Shown: positions 19,583 to 28,640 of the stretch, piece after piece
How positions within the stretch are numbered: the stretch's first letter is position 1
Layout: the number at the start of each line of letters is the position of its first letter
Source of the DNA: Flavobacterium sp.
GTDB lineage: Bacteria; Bacteroidota; Bacteroidia; Flavobacteriales; Flavobacteriaceae
Assembly (NCBI RefSeq): GCF_049318325.1
Contig: NZ_JBMOGQ010000001.1
Location: 32,708-96,707 of the forward strand
Direction: 5' to 3'
Length of the DNA: 64,000 nt
Position numbers and translations under genes: made by a program
The notes under the pieces: generated by a model
What the model saw: the letters and a program-made list of their open reading frames with translations, nothing else
Told to the model about the DNA's origin: nothing
Databases searched by the model: none

Positions 19583-19637
19583 TTAGCCCTTAGTCTCAGA
19601 AGTGTAGTTGTAAACTGCGACTGCAAACTGAACACTA
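19583..19637. repeat. CAGT/ACTG-family periodic repeat element
   Basis: Right arm TGCGACTGCAAACTGAACACTA, shared with 47838-47859; its last CTA is the TAG of the HD gene. Confidence 0.7.
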
Positions 19638-20279
19638 TTTCTCACCTTCCCATTCGGCATAAAATTGCGAAAGGAAATTTTCCATGTATTGATGTCGTGC
19701 TTCTGCTATTTTTTTGCCTGAAGGCGTATTCATTTTGTCTTTTAGTAATAATAACTTTTCATAAAAGTGATTCAATGTTGGTGAATTCGAATTTTTATAT
19801 TCCTCTTTAGACATATTGAGATTTGGCGCAATAGAAGGATTATAAAGCGCTCTGTTTTTAAAGCCCCCGTAATTGAATGTTCTTGCAATTCCAATGGCGC
19901 CAATAGCATCTAACCGATCGGCATCCTGAACAATTTCAAGTTCTTTTGAGCTAAATTTGTTTTCAAAATTTCCGCCTTTAAACGAAATGTTTTCAATGAT
20001 ATTTATGACGTGATTAATCGTCTCCTCAAAAACATTTTCACTTTCTAAAAAAGCTCTGGCTGTTTTGGGGCCAATCGTCTCGTCTCCATCGTGAAATTTA
20101 CTGTCGGCAATATCATGAAATAGCGCGCCAAGTTTTACAACCATTATATCGCAATCTTCTTCTTTAGCAATTAAAATTGAATTTTTGTAGACCCGTTCAA
20201 TGTGAAACCAATCGTGTCCGCCTTCTGCATTTTCTAATTTTTCTTTAACAAAATGAATTGTTTTATCAATTATTGACAT
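19635..20279 (-). CDS. HD-domain phosphohydrolase
   Basis: HDWFHIERV, HDIAD, QDADRLDAIGAIG. Confidence 0.9.
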   Translation of the reverse strand: MSIIDKTIHFVKEKLENAEGGHDWFHIERVYKNSILIAKEEDCDIMVVKLGALFHDIADSKFHDGDETIGPKTARAFLESENVFEETINHVINIIENISFKGGNFENKFSSKELEIVQDADRLDAIGAIGIARTFNYGGFKNRALYNPSIAPNLNMSKEEYKNSNSPTLNHFYEKLLLLKDKMNTPSGKKIAEARHQYMENFLSQFYAEWEGEK

Positions 20280-20292
20280 GCTTGATTTATTT

Positions 20293-20321
20293 AAAAAATC
20301 CTCTCTTTTCAGAAAGGATTT
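20293..20321 (-). terminator. Probable intrinsic terminator after the desaturase
   Basis: Minus strand AAATCCTTTCTGAAAAGAGAGGATTTTTT. Confidence 0.5.
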
Positions 20322-20407
20322 AAGTTTATGTTCCTTGCCTGTAGGCAGATAGGTGTTCTCTTTTTTATCCGCTACGCTCCATAGAATTCGGCTACGCCTC
20401 TGGTCTA

Positions 20408-21397
20408 TTATCTAATCATAGCTGGTTCAACCCATTTGAAAATTGTTGATTCTGCTGGAATTACTAATCTTTCAGAAACTTTTGCCATTCTGGCTGGTAA
20501 TTTCATTAGGTAATCTCTCGCTTTTTCTGCTTCGTCTGACAAACCAGAAAGTTTATCTATTTCCCATTTTTCAATTAACTTTTGCATAATATCAACATAA
20601 TCAGCAGCTGTATAAACGCCAATTCGTTGGGCAGAGTCTGAAAAATTTAAAAAGGCAGAACTTATTTTTTCTCCTGATTCTCTTAAGAATTGAGCTGGCA
20701 TAACTATTTTTTGCTTCATCATATAATTAAATGCCAATAGCATTTCGCTTGGGTCAACTTTAAAAATTTGGCTTACAAATTCGCTATAAGCATGATGATG
20801 ACGCATTTCATCTCCCGCAATCATTTTACAGATTTTTGATAATTTCTTGTCGCCATATTGTTTGGCAATTTGTGAAACTCTATTGTGTGAAATGTAAGTT
20901 GCCAACTCCTGAAAACTCGTATAAACAAAATTTTTGTAGGGATCACGCCCTGTACCTATATCAAATCCGTCAGCAATTAAATGCTGCGTTGTAATTTCAA
21001 CTTCACGCATGTTTACACGCCCAGATAAATACAAGTATTTATTTAACAAATCCCCATGACGATTTTCTTCTCCCGTCCACTGACGCACCCATTTGCTCCA
21101 AGGGTTATTTTCAACCTGACCAACGCCATCAACATCCATCAACCAGGATTCGTAGGTTGGTAAAGCTTCTTCGGTAATGGTGTCGCCTACTAGTGTTACC
21201 CAAAAATCGTAGGGTAAATCTTTGGCAATTTCTCTAAGTTCTTTTACTTCTTCAAAGAAATTTTCATCTTCAGAATTAGGCAAAAAATCCGATGGTTGCC
21301 ATATTGTTTCTACTGGAATCAAATATTCTTCCATGAAACCTTCTACTTTATTTTCCAGAAATTGCATTACTTCTAGACGAATATTCTTTATAGACAT
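20408..21397 (-). CDS. Acyl-ACP desaturase (soluble di-iron family)
   Basis: TEEALPTY, WTGEENRHG, SFQE, DEMRH di-iron motifs. Confidence 0.93.
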   Translation of the reverse strand: MSIKNIRLEVMQFLENKVEGFMEEYLIPVETIWQPSDFLPNSEDENFFEEVKELREIAKDLPYDFWVTLVGDTITEEALPTYESWLMDVDGVGQVENNPWSKWVRQWTGEENRHGDLLNKYLYLSGRVNMREVEITTQHLIADGFDIGTGRDPYKNFVYTSFQELATYISHNRVSQIAKQYGDKKLSKICKMIAGDEMRHHHAYSEFVSQIFKVDPSEMLLAFNYMMKQKIVMPAQFLRESGEKISSAFLNFSDSAQRIGVYTAADYVDIMQKLIEKWEIDKLSGLSDEAEKARDYLMKLPARMAKVSERLVIPAESTIFKWVEPAMIR

Positions 21398-21400
21398 TGT

Positions 21401-22135
21401 TTAATTTTTAATTGATTGGATTACTGCTTTTTCTGTTTTCTGCATCAATTCTTCAAAAGGAAAGTCTTTTACAGCAATCGCTTCATGAATTATAAATTGT
21501 AGATGATTACCTAAACCCATTGGGAAAGCTCCAAATTTAACCATTTTCCATGAATTATTAATAGTAATTGGCACAACATATGCCGAAGGTGCATATTTAC
21601 ATAAGATTTTTAAACCGCTTTGGGCAAATTCTTTTGGTCTCCCGTCTTTACTTCTTGTTCCTTCCGGGAATATTACAGCGGAACGTTTATGCTTTTCAAT
21701 GTATTCCGATAGTTCTTTTATAAGTGGAATGGCTTGTTTTGGGTCTTTCCTATCAATAAGAATAGAACCGCCATGACGAAGATTATAGGAAACACTTGGA
21801 ATGCCTTTTCCTAATTCTTTCTTGCTCACAAACTTGGCGTGAAAACGACGCAAATACCAAATAATTCCGATGATATCATAAAGGCTTTGATGATTTAAAA
21901 CAAAGATTATCGGGACATTTTTTGGAATAGTATCTCTATTTTTAAACGTATATCTTGTTCCTAAAATATTAGTGCATTTGGTCAAAAAAAAATTTAAATA
22001 GTCAACACTTTTTTTATGCGCCTGATAACCAAAAACATTTAAACAAATCCATTGAATAGGATGGAAAATAACCAATGATAATCCAAAAAAAAGATAAAAT
22101 AAGACCGAAATTGGATATGAAATAAGCTTTTCCAT
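21401..22135 (-). CDS. Lysophospholipid acyltransferase (PlsC family)
   Basis: NHQSLYD and FPEGTRS. Confidence 0.9.
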   Translation of the reverse strand: MEKLISYPISVLFYLFFGLSLVIFHPIQWICLNVFGYQAHKKSVDYLNFFLTKCTNILGTRYTFKNRDTIPKNVPIIFVLNHQSLYDIIGIIWYLRRFHAKFVSKKELGKGIPSVSYNLRHGGSILIDRKDPKQAIPLIKELSEYIEKHKRSAVIFPEGTRSKDGRPKEFAQSGLKILCKYAPSAYVVPITINNSWKMVKFGAFPMGLGNHLQFIIHEAIAVKDFPFEELMQKTEKAVIQSIKN

Positions 22136-22383
22136 GATTTAAAAATAGATAACAAAAGTATAAAAAATCAAAAGGAAGAAGAATAATAAGATAAGAAAAA
22201 ACGTTTTTAAAATTTTGTGAAAATGTACACTTTTTGTATACCTATAGTTTGCCTAACGCTGTTACCTTTACAATCTGTTTAATCTAGGTCAAAAGAATCG
22301 AAATAATTTGTTCAAAACTCCTCCGATTTGTATCCATTAACATCAAAAAAAGCATTATTTTTATGCCACAAAATTTATAAAAA

Positions 22384-23388
22384 ATGAGTTCAGAAAAAGA
22401 CGCCAAATTAAAAGCATTACAATTAACACTTGATAAATTAGATAAAGCTTACGGTAAAGGAACCGTAATGAAAATGGGTGACAAAGCCGTTGAAGAAGTT
22501 GAAGTAATTCCTTCTGGATCGCTTGGTTTAGATTTAGCATTAGGGGTAAATGGTTATCCAAAAGGAAGAGTTATAGAGATTTATGGCCCGGAATCTTCAG
22601 GAAAAACAACCTTAACATTGCACGCCATTGCCGAAGCACAAAAAGCGGGTGGAATTGCCGCTTTTATTGATGCTGAACATGCTTTCGATAGAAATTATGC
22701 AGAGAAATTAGGCGTTGATATTGAGAATTTAATCATTTCTCAACCTGACAATGGAGAACAAGCCTTAGAAATTGCAGAAAACTTAATCCGTTCTGGTGCT
22801 ATTGACATTGTGGTTATCGACTCGGTTGCAGCATTGACTCCAAAAAGTGAAATCGAAGGCGAAATGGGAGATTCAAAAATGGGATTACACGCTCGTTTGA
22901 TGTCGCAAGCATTAAGAAAATTAACGGGGACAATTAGCAAGACAAATTGTACCGTATTTTTCATTAATCAGTTGAGAGAAAAAATCGGAGTGATGTTTGG
23001 TAACCCAGAAACTACAACCGGTGGGAATGCTTTAAAATTCTATGCTTCTGTCCGTTTAGACATTCGTCGTTCATCACAAATTAAAGATGGTGAAAATGTA
23101 ATTGGAAATAGAACCAAAGTTAAAGTGGTAAAAAATAAAGTAGCACCGCCATTCAAAACCGCAGAATTTGATATAATGTATGGCGAAGGCGTTTCAAAAA
23201 CAGGCGAAATTCTTGATTTAGCCGTTGAATTTGAAATCATCAAAAAGGCAGGATCTTGGTTTAGCTATGGTGACACAAAACTTGGGCAAGGAAGAGACGC
23301 AGTTAAAGTATTGATAAAAGACAATCCAGAATTAGCTGATGAACTAGAACAAAAAATAAAAGATCATATTAAAGAAAGTAATTCTTAA
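22384..23388 (+). CDS. recA: Recombinase A
   Basis: [34 protein letters not shown]. Confidence 0.99.
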   Translation: MSSEKDAKLKALQLTLDKLDKAYGKGTVMKMGDKAVEEVEVIPSGSLGLDLALGVNGYPKGRVIEIYGPESSGKTTLTLHAIAEAQKAGGIAAFIDAEHAFDRNYAEKLGVDIENLIISQPDNGEQALEIAENLIRSGAIDIVVIDSVAALTPKSEIEGEMGDSKMGLHARLMSQALRKLTGTISKTNCTVFFINQLREKIGVMFGNPETTTGGNALKFYASVRLDIRRSSQIKDGENVIGNRTKVKVVKNKVAPPFKTAEFDIMYGEGVSKTGEILDLAVEFEIIKKAGSWFSYGDTKLGQGRDAVKVLIKDNPELADELEQKIKDHIKESNS

Positions 23389-23396
23389 TAAACTAT

Positions 23397-23433
23397 AACA
23401 TCCCATTAAAATTTTAACGGGATGTTTTTTTTT
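23397..23433 (+). terminator. recA intrinsic terminator
   Basis: AACATCCC ATTAAAATTTTAAC GGGATGTT followed by T-run. Confidence 0.8.
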
Positions 23434-23489
23434 GTAACTTAACGCAACCTTTTTTGTAAAAAAAAGTATACTAACATAATTTTTATATC

Positions 23490-23906
23490 ATGAGAAAAAA
23501 AATAATCTTCCTTTTAGCCCTGTTTTTTATATTAAATTCTTGTACTCCTGGTGACGATACCCAATACTCCTTTAAATTTATGCCTATAGAAAGTGTAGAC
23601 ATTCCTGCTGAGTTTACATTAGGGGAAACTTATCCTATTACTGTTCATTATACAGTACCTACAAGTTGCTATTATTTTAGCTCATTGTATTATGATAAAG
23701 ATTTAAACATAAGAACAATTGCTATTGAAAATGCTATAGCACAAAGAAATAATTGTCAGGATTTGAGTGCTGCTGATGGGGCAAATACCCATACTTTTAA
23801 TTTTTATGTGACTAGTAATGGTTCCTATATTTTTAAATTTTATCAAGGAAAAGACGACCAAGGAAATGATATTTTTCTAGAGTATGAAGTTCCTGTGACA
23901 AATTAA
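23490..23906 (+). CDS. Hypothetical lipoprotein
   Basis: Basic N-terminus, hydrophobic core, LNSC lipobox. Confidence 0.8.
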   Translation: MRKKIIFLLALFFILNSCTPGDDTQYSFKFMPIESVDIPAEFTLGETYPITVHYTVPTSCYYFSSLYYDKDLNIRTIAIENAIAQRNNCQDLSAADGANTHTFNFYVTSNGSYIFKFYQGKDDQGNDIFLEYEVPVTN

Positions 23907-23927
23907 ATAACAATCCATTTTTGAAAA

Positions 23928-23981
23928 TTGAATTTAAATCAACCCTTAAATGATTGCAAAAAAAGCACAGAAAAACACATG
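23928..23981 (+). pseudogene. Possible 5' remnant of an ECF sigma factor gene
   Basis: TTG-NLNQPLNDCKK then, after a 1-nt shift, RKTH; resembles the L.QLI.DCK..DRKAQ start of Bacteroidota ECF sigmas. Confidence 0.4.
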
Positions 23982-24027
23982 CTTACTAGTAATATCGGGA
24001 AAAAGTTGCTAAATCCGGGACGCTTTT

Positions 24028-24768
24028 TTATGAATTATAATCTTGCAGTTGCTTTAATATAATGCTGTGAACTTGGACTTTAATGGTCTTTTTAAAATCT
24101 GCAGATTGATTTTTAGTGTCGATAAAATAATGAATTTTCACACGCATCAAACCAGGACTTCCACTGAAAAAAGTATAAGAAAAGTGCTTTTTGTTATCGG
24201 CAAAAGTAAGTGGGACAACCGGAATATGGTGGTCAATTGCTAATCGGAAAGCGCCATCTTTAAATTCATCCAATACTATAGATTCATCATCAGGGACACC
24301 TCCTTCGGGAAAAATACAAATGCTCAATCCTTGATTTAGTCTTTTTTGAGCTCTTTCAAAAACAGCCATTCTACTTTTTGAACTACTCCTATCTACCAAA
24401 ATACAAGTCCGTTTATAGAAAAATCCGAAAAGCGGAATCTTAGCCAATTCTTTTTTGCCGACAAAAACAAAAGGGTTTTTTACCACAGAAAGCATTAGCA
24501 TAATATCGGTCATCGAAGTGTGATTGGCAACAAACATATAACTTTTGCCTTCTATGATTTCTTCTTCTTTTTCTAATTTTACTCTGAAACCCATACCAAA
24601 TAAAATGACTTTAGCCCAAATTCGAGCCATCACAAAAAAATAGGGATACCATTTTTCTTTAAGAATGGAAATAAAAAGAAACGGGAACATAACGATTATG
24701 GGAATCGCCATTAATACATAAAACCAAATCCGATAAAGTGACCAAAAAACAATTTTCAATACTCTCAT
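24028..24768 (-). CDS. Lysophospholipid acyltransferase (PlsC family)
   Basis: NHTSMTD, FPEGG. Confidence 0.9.
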   Translation of the reverse strand: MRVLKIVFWSLYRIWFYVLMAIPIIVMFPFLFISILKEKWYPYFFVMARIWAKVILFGMGFRVKLEKEEEIIEGKSYMFVANHTSMTDIMLMLSVVKNPFVFVGKKELAKIPLFGFFYKRTCILVDRSSSKSRMAVFERAQKRLNQGLSICIFPEGGVPDDESIVLDEFKDGAFRLAIDHHIPVVPLTFADNKKHFSYTFFSGSPGLMRVKIHYFIDTKNQSADFKKTIKVQVHSIILKQLQDYNS

Positions 24769-24773
24769 ATTGT

Positions 24774-24821
24774 CAAATGTAATGAAAGGTATGCAATTTT
24801 TAATACAAAGGTTTAACTTTG
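24774..24821. promoter_or_regulatory. Divergent -7 promoter elements (acyltransferase / trpS)
   Basis: TACATTTG on - strand (24774-24781); TAACTTTG on + strand (24814-24821). Confidence 0.55.
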
Positions 24822-24840
24822 CGGTTGAAATAAAATTACC

Positions 24841-25818
24841 ATGGCAAAAATACTAACCGGAATTCAAAGCACAGGAACGCCCCATTTAGGAAACTTATTA
24901 GGTGCCATTTTGCCCGCTATTGAACTGTCAAAAAATCCAAGTAACGAGTCGTTTCTATTTATTGCAGATTTGCATTCGATTACCCAAATAAAAAACGGAG
25001 ATGAGCTTCGTCAAAATACGTATAGTACCGCTTCAGTTTGGTTAGCTTGTGGATTGGATGTCAGTAAAGTGATTTTTTATCGTCAGAGCGATGTGGCTCA
25101 AACCGCTGAATTGTCATGGTATTTGAGTTGCTTTTTCCCTTTTCAACGTCTGACTTTAGCGCATTCATTCAAAGACAAAGCTGATAGACTTGAAGATGTA
25201 AACGCTGGTTTGTTTTCGTATCCAATGCTAATGGCGGCTGATATTTTATTGTATGACGCCAATTTTGTTCCCGTTGGGAAAGACCAATTACAACATATTG
25301 AAATTACGCGTGATGTTGCTTCTCGTTTTAATCATCAAATGGGAGAAACATTTGTAATTCCGGAAGCAAAAATAGAAAAAGAAACCATGTATGTTCCCGG
25401 AACTGATGGTCAAAAAATGAGTAAATCGCGTGGCAATATCATCAATATATTCTTGGATGATAAAGCGTTGCGCAAACAAATTATGAGCATTGAAACCGAT
25501 AGCACACCATTAGAAGAACCAAAAAATCCTGATGCCTGTAAAATATTTGGACTTTATAAATTATTGGCAAATGGAGAACAAATTGCACAAATGAAAACCA
25601 AATATGCTAATGCTAACAGAGATTTTGGTTACGGTCATGCCAAACAGGAATTGTTTGAGTTAATTGTTGCAAACTTCAAAAACGAAAGAGAAAAATACAA
25701 TTACTACATGAACAATTGGCCGGAAGTTGATGCTTTGCTAAAACAAGGTGCAGCAAAAGCGGGAATAATTGCAGATGCTGTTTTGAAAAAAGTCAGAGTG
25801 AAATTAGGGTTTGAATAA
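24841..25818 (+). CDS. trpS: Tryptophan--tRNA ligase
   Basis: HLGN, YPMLMAADIL, VPVGKDQ.QH, KMSKS. Confidence 0.98.
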   Translation: MAKILTGIQSTGTPHLGNLLGAILPAIELSKNPSNESFLFIADLHSITQIKNGDELRQNTYSTASVWLACGLDVSKVIFYRQSDVAQTAELSWYLSCFFPFQRLTLAHSFKDKADRLEDVNAGLFSYPMLMAADILLYDANFVPVGKDQLQHIEITRDVASRFNHQMGETFVIPEAKIEKETMYVPGTDGQKMSKSRGNIINIFLDDKALRKQIMSIETDSTPLEEPKNPDACKIFGLYKLLANGEQIAQMKTKYANANRDFGYGHAKQELFELIVANFKNEREKYNYYMNNWPEVDALLKQGAAKAGIIADAVLKKVRVKLGFE

Positions 25819-25820
25819 AC

Positions 25821-26963
25821 TTAAATTGCTTCAAACAGTTTCCCTGGTAAAGGTCGAATAACGCCTTTCAATTCCATATTTAATAGTAAAGACGAAATTC
25901 GGAAAATCGGAAAATCACATTCGAGAGCAATACTATCTAACAATTGTTTTCCGTTTTGCTGAAGATAATCGTATAATTTTTGTTCGTCGTTATCTAAAGA
26001 AACAAACAGTTGTTTTTGAATTACCTTATTGTCATTAGCTCCGCACAGTTCGGCTTTACTTAGGGTCTTAGCTTGCGAATGAATCTCCCAATTCAGAATA
26101 TAAACCAAATCGGCTGCAGAAGTCATCAAATTAGCACGTTGTGTTTTAATTAAATTATTACATCCTTGACTATATTTATCAGAAGTTCTACCGGGTACCG
26201 CAAAGACATCCCGATTGTAATCATTTGCCATAATTGCTGTTATTAGTGAACCTCCTTTTTCAGCACTTTCTATAACAACTGTAGCCTCGCTCATTCCCGC
26301 AACGATTCGATTGCGTCGTACAAAGTTCTCTTTATCCGGATTTGAATTGCTCCAAAACTCAGTTAAAAACCCGCCGTTTTCTTCCATTTTGGCAACATAT
26401 TTCTTGTGTACTTTTGGATAAACTTGATTTAAACCATGCGCCAAAACCCCGATAGTTTGCAACTTATTTTCCATAGCTGCTTGGTGCGCTACAATATCAA
26501 CTCCATAGGCAAATCCGCTAACGATTATTGGATTAAAAATGGCTAAATCTTCGATAAGTTTTTTACAAAAATCTACTCCATGTGAAGTAACTTCTCGAGT
26601 GCCAACGATGCTGATTATTTTTCTATTTTCGAAATTTAAATTCCCCGAGCCAAAAAGCAAAACCGGCCCGTCTATGCAATGTTTTAACTTGTTAGGATAA
26701 TCGTCATTTTGGTAATACAAAATGGTTATTTTCTGTTTTTCAATAAATCGCAATTCCTGTTCGGCTTTTTCAAAAATGGTTTTATCCTTGAGGTTTTTAA
26801 TTAAAACCCCGCCAATTCCGTCAATTGATTTTAATGATTGTGATTTGGAATTAAAAACATTTTCGGCTGAACCGCAATGATTTATAAGTTTTTTGGCAAC
26901 AATATCTCCAACGCCTTCTACTTTCAATAGTGCCAAAATATTAAAAAGTTCTGTTGGATTCAT
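25821..26963 (-). CDS. dprA: DNA-processing protein DprA
   Basis: IVGTR, VSGFAYGVD, RNRIVAG, ESAEKGGSLITA, C-terminal winged helix. Confidence 0.95.
   Translation of the reverse strand: MNPTELFNILALLKVEGVGDIVAKKLINHCGSAENVFNSKSQSLKSIDGIGGVLIKNLKDKTIFEKAEQELRFIEKQKITILYYQNDDYPNKLKHCIDGPVLLFGSGNLNFENRKIISIVGTREVTSHGVDFCKKLIEDLAIFNPIIVSGFAYGVDIVAHQAAMENKLQTIGVLAHGLNQVYPKVHKKYVAKMEENGGFLTEFWSNSNPDKENFVRRNRIVAGMSEATVVIESAEKGGSLITAIMANDYNRDVFAVPGRTSDKYSQGCNNLIKTQRANLMTSAADLVYILNWEIHSQAKTLSKAELCGANDNKVIQKQLFVSLDNDEQKLYDYLQQNGKQLLDSIALECDFPIFRISSLLLNMELKGVIRPLPGKLFEAI
26030..26087. repeat. Degenerate REP-like element in frame inside dprA
   Basis: TGTCATT...GAATCTC-bounded GC-richer segment in the interdomain linker. 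Confidence 0.45.
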
Positions 26964-27064
26964 GTGCTTATTTTACTACAAAAATAATTATTTTTTATTG
27001 GGATTGTTAATAAATTTTGTGAATAATTTTTTTATAGTTCTATTGTTTATCTAAATTTGTCCAT

Positions 27065-28003
27065 ATGAAGATTGAACAATACATTTCCCAATTATTATAT
27101 CGTTATCAGTGTGTTACCGTACCAGGATTTGGTGCGTTTCTGACTGAATTTCAGACGGCACAATTGGACGAAAACTCCCATTCGTTTTATCCTCCAAAAA
27201 AGATGGTGTCTTTTAATCCGTTTATCAAAAATAATGATGGATTATTGGCAAACCATTTAGCACAAGCAGAAAAAATATCCTATGAAATTGCGGTAAATAT
27301 TATTCAGAATGAAGTATCGCATTGGAAAACTAAAATCCACGAATTCGGCAGTTTCTCTGTAAAAAATGTTGGTGATTTTTCATTGAATTCGGAGAATAAT
27401 ATAGTCTTTGTACCTATTGATCAAATCAATTATCTTACAGCATCTTTCGGGCTGAGTTCCTTTGTTTCTCCAGCTGTAAAAAGAGAAGTTTATAAAGAAG
27501 AAGTTGAGCAACTCGAAGAAAAAGCGCCAGTTATTTTCACACCAGAGAAAAGAAGGAATTATAGTGTTTTAAAATATGCTGCTGTTTTCTTGTTATCAGC
27601 CGGAATTACAGGAACTGTTGGTTACAAATATTACGAAAACAAAATTGCGCAAGAAACACTTATTGTAGAAACCAATGTTCAGAAAAAGGTAAATCAAAAA
27701 ATTCAGGAAGCAACTTTTTATATTTCAAATCCGTTGCCAGCTGTTACGTTAACGGTTCCTGAAGAAAAACTACCTTACTCTGTTGTTGCGGGTGCTTTTA
27801 GAATAGAAAGCAACGCTGAAGAACAATATCAAAGACTGCTTGAATTAGGCTTTAAAAAAGCTAAAAGATTAGCCCCTAACAAGCATGGATTATTTCCTGT
27901 AGTTTACGGAAGTTATTCTACCTACTCAGAAGCTCATAAAGCTATGAAGAATATTCAAAAGTTAGACAATAAAGCAGCTTGGCTTTTGGTTGATGAATTA
28001 TAA
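27065..28003 (+). CDS. HU-like (CCDC81-type) plus SPOR domain protein
   Basis: LLYRYQCVTVPGFGAF..NNDGLLA N-terminus, one TM helix, C-terminal VVAGAFR..AWLL. Confidence 0.85.
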   Translation: MKIEQYISQLLYRYQCVTVPGFGAFLTEFQTAQLDENSHSFYPPKKMVSFNPFIKNNDGLLANHLAQAEKISYEIAVNIIQNEVSHWKTKIHEFGSFSVKNVGDFSLNSENNIVFVPIDQINYLTASFGLSSFVSPAVKREVYKEEVEQLEEKAPVIFTPEKRRNYSVLKYAAVFLLSAGITGTVGYKYYENKIAQETLIVETNVQKKVNQKIQEATFYISNPLPAVTLTVPEEKLPYSVVAGAFRIESNAEEQYQRLLELGFKKAKRLAPNKHGLFPVVYGSYSTYSEAHKAMKNIQKLDNKAAWLLVDEL

Positions 28004-28060
28004 AAAAATCTCAATTTCTCGATATTTTTTGTTTTCAGTAAGTACCTTTGCAAAAAAAGT

Positions 28061-28570
28061 ATGAATCCAAAACATCCTTCTGAATCGTTAACCATTTTAA
28101 CCGATGTGGTTTTACCAGGCGAAACCAATCCTTTAAATAATCTTTTTGGTGGCGAATTGTTAGCCCGGATGGATAGAGCTGCCAGTATTGCTGCCAGAAG
28201 ACATTCGCGGAGAATTACCGTTACTGCTTCTGTTAATCATGTAGCTTTTAATCGTGCCATTCCTTTAGGTAGTGTAGTGACTATTGAAGCTAAAGTTTCC
28301 CGTGCTTTTACATCGTCAATGGAAATCTTTTTGGATGTTTGGATAGAGGATAGAGAATCTGGAATCAAAACCAAAGCGAATGAAGCTATTTATACTTTTG
28401 TAGCCGTAAATGAAACTGGAAATCCTGTAAGTGTTCCGCCTATAATCCCTGAAACAGAACTTGAGAAAGAACGTTATGATGCTGCTTTGCGCAGAAAGCA
28501 ATTGAGTTTAGTCTTAGCCGGAAAAATGAATCCAAACGATGCGACCGAATTGAAAGCATTGTTTATGTAA
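28061..28570 (+). CDS. Acyl-CoA thioesterase (hotdog fold)
   Basis: NPLNNLFGGELLARMD, VTASV; TACCTTTG promoter at 28043-28050. Confidence 0.92.
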   Translation: MNPKHPSESLTILTDVVLPGETNPLNNLFGGELLARMDRAASIAARRHSRRITVTASVNHVAFNRAIPLGSVVTIEAKVSRAFTSSMEIFLDVWIEDRESGIKTKANEAIYTFVAVNETGNPVSVPPIIPETELEKERYDAALRRKQLSLVLAGKMNPNDATELKALFM

Positions 28571-28602
28571 TAATAACCAACTATTTTCTGTACATTATCA
28601 AT

Positions 28603-28630
28603 AAAAAAATAGCCTCAAGTGGCTATTTTT
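28603..28630. terminator. Bidirectional intrinsic terminator
   Basis: AAAAAAATAGCC TCAAGT GGCTATTTTT between convergent genes. Confidence 0.8.
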
Positions 28631-28640
28631 ATGTTTAGTT

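Noticed and set aside
22136-22383. ncRNA or SOS box upstream of recA
   Set aside because: AT-rich, with no convincing stem structure or palindrome that I can support.
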